Positions 1 to 4,258 of a stretch of DNA of 4,258 bases are shown here, piece after piece. The notes under the pieces were generated by a model that was not told the DNA's origin, did not search any database, and saw nothing but the letters and a program-made list of their open reading frames with translations. This DNA comes from a virus. Lineage: Duplodnaviria; Heunggongvirae; Uroviricota; Caudoviricetes. The stretch lies in IMG/VR virus record IMGVR_UViG_3300029008_000041; one strand, written 5' to 3'. Each line of letters begins with the position of its first letter. Position 1 is the first letter of the stretch. The position numbers and the translations under genes were made by a program.

Positions 1-84
1 AATACCGGCATGGATTCACGGCCCGGCTTAACGATCACCAGCCCGAGTTCCGGTACCAGAACAGGTCGAAGTAATACCCGCACG

Positions 85-363
85 TTACCTCCAGATGCGT
101 TGCTGGAATGTGCGGGACGGACGCGGTGGGCGTTCAGAGTAAGGAAGCCTGACGGAGATTATCCAGTGACGATAATCGAGGCTGAGGGCTTTCTTAATCT
201 CGTATCCGTGTCTGCGGTAGCACTGAATTAGCCACTCGGCCTGTTCTTCAGTGCATGGGGGATGCTGGAACCAGTCAGATTTGAAAGTGCGGGAACGCCG
301 CCCGTGCCTGCTGGCAAAGACGGCAGAATCATCAGAATTGTGTAATTTGGTATCGTGCGCCAT
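85..363 (-). CDS. hypothetical prophage protein (92 aa from ATG at 363-361)
   Basis: Minus-strand ORF MAHDTKLHNSDD...QQRIWR. The ORF track starts it at a GTG (492), but that extension would run through the hok mRNA terminator at 436-462, so the internal ATG is preferred. The SD is weak (GAGA about 9 nt upstream). Family not recognised. Confidence 0.45.
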   Translation of the reverse strand: MAHDTKLHNSDDSAVFASRHGRRSRTFKSDWFQHPPCTEEQAEWLIQCYRRHGYEIKKALSLDYRHWIISVRLPYSERPPRPSRTFQQRIWR

Positions 364-435
364 CGGTTGTCTCTGCTGGCGCAGCAGGTGCCAGTTGTTC
401 AGGCTGGCGTGCGAATTGTAAACCAGAATGCTAGG

Positions 436-462
436 AAAAAACAAAACCCGCCGAAGCGGGTT
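436..462 (-). terminator. rho-independent terminator at the 3' end of the hok mRNA
   Basis: On the minus strand: 7-bp stem AACCCGC/GCGGGUU with a UUCG tetraloop (445-462), followed immediately by UUGUUUUUUCC (444-436). It lies about 70 nt downstream of the hok stop codon. Confidence 0.6.
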
Positions 463-468
463 AAGTGC

Positions 469-481
469 GGGTGCGTTGAGG
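469..481 (-). promoter_or_regulatory. candidate fbi (fold-back inhibition) element of the hok mRNA
   Basis: Minus-strand CCUCAACGCACCC is near-complementary (one extra C) to the predicted hok mRNA 5' end GGGUGCUUGAGG (855-844). In hok-family mRNAs the 3' fbi pairs with the 5' tac element. Confidence 0.35.
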
Positions 482-529
482 ATGCCTGACACATCAGAGG
501 TGGCGAGGGATTCTCCCCCGCCTGGTCTC

Positions 530-685
530 TTACTCCTCAGGTTCGTAAGCTGTGAAGACAGCGACCTCCGTCTGGCCGGTTCGGATTCGTACCTCGCAGA
601 GGTCTTTCCTCGTTACCAGTGCCGTCACTATGACGGTTAAACAGATGACGATCAGGGCGATTAACATCGCCTTTTGCTGCTTCAT
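530..685 (-). CDS. hokD: Hok/Gef family type I toxin (51 aa)
   Basis: Translation MKQQKAMLIALIVICLTVIVTALVTRKDLCEVRIRTGQTEVAVFTAYEPEE shows the Hok/Gef hallmarks: an N-terminal transmembrane helix and the conserved TRKDLCEV..R.G..EVAVF.AYE core. From memory it matches E. coli HokD (RelF) and differs at about ten positions from Gef/HokC. SD AAGGAG sits 9 nt upstream of the ATG at 685-683. The symbol is from recall, not a search. Confidence 0.88.
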   Translation of the reverse strand: MKQQKAMLIALIVICLTVIVTALVTRKDLCEVRIRTGQTEVAVFTAYEPEE

Positions 686-742
686 AGCCTGCTTCTCCTT
701 GCCTTTCGGCACGTAAGAGGCTAACCTACATTTGTGAGACAT
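530..742 (-). CDS. mok: mok-like in-frame upstream reading frame overlapping hok (70 aa)
   Basis: ATG at 742-740 with SD GAGG 8 nt upstream; same frame and same stop as hok, which is how chromosomal mokB/mokC are annotated in E. coli. The leader AUGUCU...AGCCUCUUAC...GCAAGGAGAAG closely resembles the plasmid R1 mok/hok leader as I recall it. Confidence 0.45.
   Translation of the reverse strand: MSHKCRLASYVPKGKEKQAMKQQKAMLIALIVICLTVIVTALVTRKDLCEVRIRTGQTEVAVFTAYEPEE
699..727 (+). promoter_or_regulatory. candidate sok antisense promoter
   Basis: Plus-strand TTGCCT (699-704), 17-nt spacer, TAACCT (722-727), inside the mok N-terminal codons. This is positionally equivalent to the R1 sok promoter (recalled as TTGCGC-17-TATCCT). 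Predicted start near 734. Confidence 0.4.
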
Positions 743-805
743 AGATTGGGCCTCAGATTAATGTTAAGCGTCTTGCAGGACGCGTAATGTTAACTGGGGC
801 TTTTC
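734..805 (+). ncRNA. sok: candidate Sok-like antisense RNA
   Basis: Plus-strand transcript antisense to the mok SD and start codon. It contains a long imperfect hairpin (761-790, one mismatch) followed by GGGGCUUUUCUCU. Both ends are approximate and inferred by analogy with R1 hok/sok. Confidence 0.35.
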
Positions 806-829
806 TCTATCTGCCTTTTGGTGTTCATG

Positions 830-855
830 CCTGAGGCAGATAGCCTCAAGCACCC
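830..855 (-). promoter_or_regulatory. hok mRNA 5' leader (tac/ucb-like stem-loop)
   Basis: Minus-strand GGGUGCUUGAGGCUAUCUGCCUCAGG forms the hairpin UGAGGC-(5 nt loop)-GCCUCA. A downstream GGCAGAUAG (815-807) can pair instead with CUAUCUGCC (843-835), giving mutually exclusive folds like those described for nascent R1 hok mRNA. Confidence 0.45.
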
Positions 856-861
856 GCAGCA

Positions 862-889
862 ATTCTACTTAACTCTCGCTTTACCGCAA
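862..889 (-). promoter_or_regulatory. candidate hok mRNA promoter
   Basis: Minus-strand -35 TTGCGG (889-884), 16-nt spacer, -10 TAGAAT (867-862), about 7 nt upstream of the predicted mRNA 5' end near 855. Confidence 0.4.
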
Positions 890-904
890 ACCGTTTTTAC
901 CCGA

Positions 905-920
905 TATGGGAATTCCCATA
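905..920. repeat. perfect 16-bp palindrome TATGGGAATTCCCATA, with a second 8-bp palindrome TGAATTCA at 926-933
   Basis: Verified by hand as self-complementary; flanking CCG/CGG extend it imperfectly. It lies about 15 bp upstream of the candidate hok -35 and directly downstream of the 34-codon ORF. No U-tract follows on either strand. Confidence 0.5.
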
Positions 921-930
921 CGGAATGAAT

Positions 931-1035
931 TCAGTTCCCCAGGCGCTCCATCAAAAACACAACCAGGCAGTAAACACCCACAACAGCAACAACAGCCAGC
1001 GCACCTTCCATTGCCAGTGATATATCATCCGACAT
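931..1035 (-). CDS. candidate small hydrophobic membrane peptide (34 aa)
   Basis: ATG at 1035-1033 preceded by a strong SD AAGGAGGG (4-nt spacer). Translation MSDDISLAMEGALAVVAVVGVYCLVVFLMERLGN has an acidic N-terminus, a roughly 19-residue hydrophobic core and a charged C-terminus. It is below the ORF-track length cutoff. Confidence 0.4.
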   Translation of the reverse strand: MSDDISLAMEGALAVVAVVGVYCLVVFLMERLGN

Positions 1036-1070
1036 ATTCCCTCCTTTGGTGTTAATCCCGGCGAACGTTT

Positions 1071-1154
1071 TTACCCCCACCGACAAATAACATATACTAA
1101 AAAAGCGATAGCCATAGCAACGCCTGTAATTGCAAATGCTTCAGGCCAGTTCAT
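1071..1154 (-). CDS. candidate small hydrophobic peptide (27 aa), translationally coupled to the DUF551 gene
   Basis: Its ATG (1154-1152) overlaps the TGA stop of the DUF551 gene (1153-1151) in an ATGA arrangement. Translation MNWPEAFAITGVAMAIAFLVYVICRWG. No separate SD, consistent with coupling, but the ORF is very short. Confidence 0.3.
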   Translation of the reverse strand: MNWPEAFAITGVAMAIAFLVYVICRWG

Positions 1155-2020
1155 TGGCGCACCTCCTGCGGCGGTTCTGGTAGAGGCATCCAGTGTGATG
1201 GTATCCACGACGCACCAGGTATTATCCACCCATCATTAGCGTCAGGATGCCCCGGGATGTAAGTCGCCCATTTCATTCGCCAGTCACCTTTCCTGCCAAA
1301 ATCCCTGGCAACAAGAACGGCTGTTTTGGTATCCGGCATTCGCTCACTACAGCTTATCCAACTATCCGGAGTTACCGGATAGTTGCCCGATAGTGCATTC
1401 TGCTCCAGTGATGCTTTTACAAACCACGCTGCCTGAACTATAACGCCATGAATCCAGCGCAAATCAGCATCGCGATCTTTCTTTTTCATCTTTTCGCCAC
1501 TTAAGGCCTTGCTTATGTGGCTGCGTACCAGGTCTTCATGTAATTCCTTCGCCTCCTCAATGGTGAAACCACCAGGCAGAAGAGCCGGAGTTACCGGAGA
1601 GCTGGTTGACGCTTCCGGGATTTTCCGAAAATTATTGGTTGACGAATCTTTATTTTCCCGAAAGTTTCCGGACTGAAGCATGGCTTCGCGGCAATCGTTC
1701 CAGCCTGTAGCGTATGCAGTCGCTTTGCTGCTGCCTTCAACTGGCGCATCCTGCCAATACATTTCTTCCGGCACTATCGGCGCTGGAGGGGCGGCAAATA
1801 GATATCCGCCAAAGTCAGGAAGCTCTCTAATGGCCTGTACGAATTTTTGTTTGCCTACGTCAACCCCTAATGGGTAATGAGCTATAATCTTTGCCACCGG
1901 CTCTGCTTCCAGCGATGCCAGCGCAATCCGTGCCAGTTCCATTTGTTCACCACGGGTAAGCCCGTTTTCAAGCGGATTTTTAATGAACAATTCAATACGT
2001 TCTTTGGTAATAGTGGTCAT
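1151..2020 (-). CDS. DUF551 domain-containing prophage protein (289 aa)
   Basis: ATG at 2020 with SD AAGGAG 6 nt upstream. The C-terminal region ...WISCSERMPD..AVLVA...W..ATYIPG...GWIIPGASWIPSHWMPLPEPP matches the DUF551 signature as I recall it from lambdoid-prophage proteins. N-terminal domain not recognised. Confidence 0.85.
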   Translation of the reverse strand: MTTITKERIELFIKNPLENGLTRGEQMELARIALASLEAEPVAKIIAHYPLGVDVGKQKFVQAIRELPDFGGYLFAAPPAPIVPEEMYWQDAPVEGSSKATAYATGWNDCREAMLQSGNFRENKDSSTNNFRKIPEASTSSPVTPALLPGGFTIEEAKELHEDLVRSHISKALSGEKMKKKDRDADLRWIHGVIVQAAWFVKASLEQNALSGNYPVTPDSWISCSERMPDTKTAVLVARDFGRKGDWRMKWATYIPGHPDANDGWIIPGASWIPSHWMPLPEPPQEVRQ

Positions 2021-2030
2021 GTGTTACTCC

Positions 2031-2294
2031 TTAACCCGCAGTGCTTTCAACTGATGAGGGGAACAAAATCTTTTCATCAAACCCTGCATTCATATCATGA
2101 ACAGCAACACACCAATCCATCGACGAACGATTATCAAGAGCCTCCATGATTTCATCCATGCGGCGTAGGTCATACAGGTAAATGCTTTTATCGCCAATGG
2201 TGTAAAAGCCAATTTTTTTCGGTGATGGACAGCGATCAAGAACTTCCTGTAATTCGTTCAACCATGCCCGTTCTTTTTTTGTCAAAGTTGCCAT
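2031..2294 (-). CDS. hypothetical small prophage protein (87 aa)
   Basis: ATG at 2294-2292 with SD AAGGA 8 nt upstream, lying inside the last codons of the upstream gene (stop TGA 2298-2296, one nt before this ATG). Translation MATLTKKERAWLNELQEVLDRCPSPKK... The longer 117-aa version from ATG 2384 lacks an SD and overlaps the upstream gene. Confidence 0.7.
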   Translation of the reverse strand: MATLTKKERAWLNELQEVLDRCPSPKKIGFYTIGDKSIYLYDLRRMDEIMEALDNRSSMDWCVAVHDMNAGFDEKILFPSSVESTAG

Positions 2295-2295
2295 A

Positions 2296-2514
2296 TCAGT
2301 TTTCCTTATACGGATTAATTTTATTGTGCAGTGTGTTGAATGACGCCCATACCACGTCGTTATACAATTCAATAACTGGCTCAATTATTTTTCCGATTAT
2401 CCAGGCTAGGATTAACGGGGATATCGGTATCATCAACACGATAAACAGAATGAGAAACAGAAATTCTGTTGTTCTACTCTTTCGCGGATATTTTTTTCTA
2501 AATAATGTGACCAT
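2296..2514 (-). CDS. hypothetical small membrane protein (72 aa, one predicted TM segment)
   Basis: ATG at 2514-2512. Translation MVTLFRKKYPRKSRTTEFLFLILFIVLMIPISPLILAWIIGKII... has a basic N-terminus followed by a hydrophobic helix. AT-rich gene, coupled to the downstream gene. Confidence 0.6.
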   Translation of the reverse strand: MVTLFRKKYPRKSRTTEFLFLILFIVLMIPISPLILAWIIGKIIEPVIELYNDVVWASFNTLHNKINPYKEN

Positions 2515-2520
2515 TCATTA

Positions 2521-2536
2521 CCGCCCTTTCGGGCGG
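2521..2536 (-). promoter_or_regulatory. GC-rich hairpin with GAAA tetraloop between an SD and the start codon of the 72-aa gene
   Basis: Minus-strand CCGCCC-GAAA-GGGCGG (perfect 6-bp GC stem). The intergenic RNA reads UAA-UGUC-AGGAGG-[hairpin]-UAAUGA-AUG. No U-tract follows, so it is not a typical intrinsic terminator. Confidence 0.5.
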
Positions 2537-2546
2537 CCTCCTGACA

Positions 2547-2759
2547 TTAATCGTTGTGATAACTCATAGCTTCATTTGCAGCATCAACTGGATCAACCTC
2601 CCTCCAGCAATAATTTGGGTCGGCTCCTTCAGGCGTCCACGGTTCTAATTCATTTTTTGCCGCATTCTCATCGCCAGTAATTTTAAAAATCTGCTCAGAG
2701 AATTTTCTTGCCCACTCGTTATATTTTTCCGCATTAATGGCTTTCTGTGTATTTAACAT
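2547..2759 (-). CDS. hypothetical small prophage protein (70 aa)
   Basis: ATG at 2759-2757 with a strong SD GGAGG 7 nt upstream. Translation MLNTQKAINAEKYNEWARKFSEQIFKITGDENAAKNELEPWTPEGADPNYCWREVDPVDAANEAMSYHND. Confidence 0.7.
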   Translation of the reverse strand: MLNTQKAINAEKYNEWARKFSEQIFKITGDENAAKNELEPWTPEGADPNYCWREVDPVDAANEAMSYHND

Positions 2760-2809
2760 AAATATACCTCCAGTTAAGGATTAGATTTTATTTACAGCGC
2801 TAAATTTAT

Positions 2810-3128
2810 TTATTCAGTTCTGGATTTTGTCGCCCTGCGTATCCGCGCTTTCGCGTTACGCTCAATCTGAATTAACTTTTCTATATTTTTCCGCCTTTCC
2901 TGTTCCTCCTGGCGCAATAGCCTTACATCATCTGCCAGTCTGGTTTCTCTTTTCGCCACAGAGAGCATCCAGTCAAACGGCTCCACAACTGCACCGCAGA
3001 TTTTACAGCGGACCTGACGCTCTTTTTCGTCAACCCGAACAGAGGCGTGATGGCAATATGGTCTTTCCGATGGCTCATAAAGAAAATTAACCTGATTACG
3101 AGGGTTGGATTTGCCCCTATATTTCCAT
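2810..3128 (-). pseudogene. Zn-finger-like small regulatory protein gene, apparently disrupted by a 1-nt frameshift just after its start codon
   Basis: A strong SD AAGGAGAGGAGC precedes ATG 3128-3126, but that frame stops after three codons (ATG GAA ATA TAG). The +1 frame is open for 121 codons (3175 down to 2813) with no ATG before codon 70 and encodes ...YCHHASVRVDEKERQVRCKICGAVVEPFDWMLSVAKRETRLADDVRLLRQEEQERRKNIEKLIQIERNAKARIRRATKSRTE. Removing one A from the AAA run after the ATG joins start and ORF into about 105 codons. Confidence 0.4.
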
Positions 3129-3185
3129 GCTCCTCTCCTTTGATGCGAATGCCAGCGGTAATTGAAGCCTGATAGCTAATTTCAC

Positions 3186-3611
3186 TCACAGTACCGCCTC
3201 CTGAATATTACCCTGATAGAAAGCCAGTACACGCTGCATAGCTTCACTCTTCCGGCACTCGCGACAGATTATGTTTAGGCGCCTGTCGTAGCGGCGTATT
3301 TCGCCGTCTGGTAACGACCAGATAAGGTCCGGATCAACCACAGATGTTTTTTTCTTCAGCTTTGCCCTTGAGAGTTTTTTGCGGGCGTTTTGCCAGTCCT
3401 TACGAGCCTGTTCAGACGGGAATAACCCGTAACCAGAGTTGTATACATCGCCACTGGCAACCAGCTCTCTGGCGAGAACGCTCATCAGATATCTTGTCGC
3501 ACCTGTTTTCGCTTCCAGTTGTCGTAACGTCTCACGCCCACTCTGGCGTACGAGTTCAACAACCTGCCCTTTAATTTTTTCCCGCTCTTCTTGTGTAAAA
3601 ACTTTTGCCAC
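3186..3611 (-). CDS. hypothetical prophage protein (141 aa), possible DNA-binding or replication-associated
   Basis: GTG start at 3611-3609 with a strong SD AGGAGG 4 nt upstream. Translation MAKVFTQEEREKIKGQVVELVRQSGRETLRQLEAKTGATRYLMSVLARELVASG...IICRECRKSEAMQRVLAFYQGNIQEAVL. It sits immediately downstream of the replication-like gene. Family not recognised. Confidence 0.75.
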   Translation of the reverse strand: MAKVFTQEEREKIKGQVVELVRQSGRETLRQLEAKTGATRYLMSVLARELVASGDVYNSGYGLFPSEQARKDWQNARKKLSRAKLKKKTSVVDPDLIWSLPDGEIRRYDRRLNIICRECRKSEAMQRVLAFYQGNIQEAVL

Positions 3612-3651
3612 AAGCCCTCCTGAAAATTACCTCATGACCTGAAATCAACAC

Positions 3652-4258
3652 TTATCCCCTGAAACCAGGCGGAATTTCTGTATCAGGTTCAGAAATATGA
3701 TTCACACAACGCTGGTTGTTCGTGCCACTTACCGGGAGCAACCAGGGGTTCTCAAAATTCCGGTCCGGTCCAAAAAACGTCGTCGCTCGCTGAACAAATT
3801 CCGTTCCCGTTTTCCCGGTAGCCGCCAGGTATCTTGCGTAACGCCTCACGCCATCCAGCATGGCCTCTGGTGGCACCCCCTCGCGTAATCTGGCCTTCCA
3901 GGCACTGAAAGCGGATTTCTTCGGGTTTGCCCCGGCACGCAACGGGTACTCCCGCCAGACCTGTTCGAACACATCCGGATAATCCACTCTTCCCACAGAC
4001 TGCCCGTTTTTTTCCGGGACTACCCGATCGGCTTCCCGCTGAATGGCGGAATCGGCTTCAGGCTGCTGCAGTGGGTGCGATTGCTCCGGCCTTGCGGTCA
4101 TCACCTGCTGCACAGCGCCCGAATCGGCTTTCAGCGCATACGCTGAATCGGCTTCCGGTGTCGTGCCTGCTGGCTGACCAGGATTGACGGTCTGAACATC
4201 CCCTGCCTGGTTCGTGGCGTTTTTTACGCCATGGACCATAGTGTTTTGATCTTCTTGA
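3652..4258 (-). CDS. phage replication-initiator-like protein, C-terminal part (5' end lies beyond the window)
   Basis: The ORF track gives 3652..4239, but there is no SD before ATG 4239 and the frame stays open to the window edge, so the gene probably starts upstream. It has a Pro/Gln/Ala-rich linker with repeated PEADSA-type motifs, encoded by direct DNA repeats, then a C-terminal domain ...DYPDVFEQVWREYPLRAGANPKKSAFSAWKARLREG...FFGPDRNFENPW. The O-like assignment is an inference from architecture, not a verified family match. Confidence 0.7.
   Translation of the reverse strand, partial: QEDQNTMVHGVKNATNQAGDVQTVNPGQPAGTTPEADSAYALKADSGAVQQVMTARPEQSHPLQQPEADSAIQREADRVVPEKNGQSVGRVDYPDVFEQVWREYPLRAGANPKKSAFSAWKARLREGVPPEAMLDGVRRYARYLAATGKTGTEFVQRATTFFGPDRNFENPWLLPVSGTNNQRCVNHISEPDTEIPPGFRG
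4026..4156. repeat. four direct repeats of GAATCGGCTT(T)C (iteron-like) inside the replication-like gene
   Basis: Copies at about 4026-4036 (GATCGGCTTCC), 4048-4059, 4121-4133 and 4145-4156, arranged as two pairs roughly 22-24 bp apart and about 70 bp between pairs. A degenerate fifth copy (GCTGAATGG) lies near 4037-4046. Confidence 0.5.

Noticed and set aside
10-231. Plus-strand ORF (73 aa) antisense to the leftmost minus-strand gene
   Set aside because: Low-complexity G/R/T/S-rich translation, no SD, and it opposes a more protein-like minus-strand ORF in an otherwise all-minus operon. Likely a shadow ORF.
85-492. 135-aa version of the leftmost gene starting at GTG 492
   Set aside because: The extension would be translated through the hok mRNA fbi region and terminator hairpin at 436-462. 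The internal ATG at 363 is more plausible, though neither start has a strong SD.
428-640. Plus-strand ORF (70 aa) antisense to hok
   Set aside because: It overlaps the hok coding region and terminator on the opposite strand and has no RBS. The antisense regulator of hok is an RNA (sok) further upstream, not a protein here.
905-933. The palindromes as intrinsic terminators
   Set aside because: No U-tract follows the hairpin on either strand.
1680-2149. Plus-strand ORFs 1680..1877 and 1877..2149
   Set aside because: Both are antisense to the well-supported DUF551 and 87-aa genes, have no SD and give implausible translations.
2031-2384. 117-aa version of the 87-aa gene starting at ATG 2384
   Set aside because: It would overlap the upstream 72-aa gene by about 90 nt in another frame and has no SD, whereas ATG 2294 has an SD and a stop-start coupling arrangement.
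2222-2569. Plus-strand ORF (115 aa) across the AT-rich block
   Set aside because: Antisense to two SD-supported minus-strand genes. Long shadow ORFs are expected by chance in AT-rich sequence.
2827-3090. Plus-strand ORF (87 aa)
   Set aside because: Antisense to the Zn-finger-like frame, no SD, low-complexity translation.
2810-3128. Programmed +1 ribosomal frameshift as the explanation for the Zn-finger frame offset
   Set aside because: There is no recognisable slippery or prfB-like shift site; the offset falls right after the start codon in an A-run, which looks like a simple indel or sequencing error.
2923-3189. ORF-track call (88 aa, GTG start overlapping the stop of the 141-aa gene)
   Set aside because: This frame overlaps a longer, more protein-like frame that has its own strong SD and ATG, and it leaves an unusually large non-coding gap downstream. 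I cannot exclude it without a homology search, so it is a competing hypothesis rather than disproved.
3344-3642. Plus-strand ORFs 3344..3574 and 3439..3642
   Set aside because: Antisense to the well-supported 141-aa gene; no RBS.
3697-4187. Plus-strand ORFs 3697..3888 and 3927..4187
   Set aside because: Antisense to the replication-like gene; Arg/Pro-rich translations typical of shadow frames in GC-rich coding sequence.
1-4258. CRISPR arrays, tRNA or rRNA genes, IS elements or integrase/att sites
   Set aside because: No spacer-repeat periodicity, no cloverleaf-like or rRNA-like segments, and no transposase- or integrase-like ORFs or terminal inverted repeats were seen. The only repeats are the short iteron-like copies and the palindromes described above.

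Overview
Every supported gene in this window is on the minus strand, and the content reads as part of a lambdoid prophage from an E. coli-like enterobacterium. From right to left: the 3' part of a replication-initiator-like gene that carries iteron-like direct repeats; a 141-aa gene; a Zn-finger-like gene that appears frameshifted; three tightly coupled small AT-rich genes; a DUF551-type gene; two very small hydrophobic-peptide ORFs; a complete hok/mok/sok-type type I toxin-antitoxin locus with recognisable mRNA 5' and 3' elements; and one more hypothetical gene. No rRNA, tRNA, CRISPR array or IS element was seen. Everything was read by eye from the sequence and the ORF track; no searches or folding programs were run, so family names rest on remembered motifs and RNA elements on complementarity I could verify by hand.
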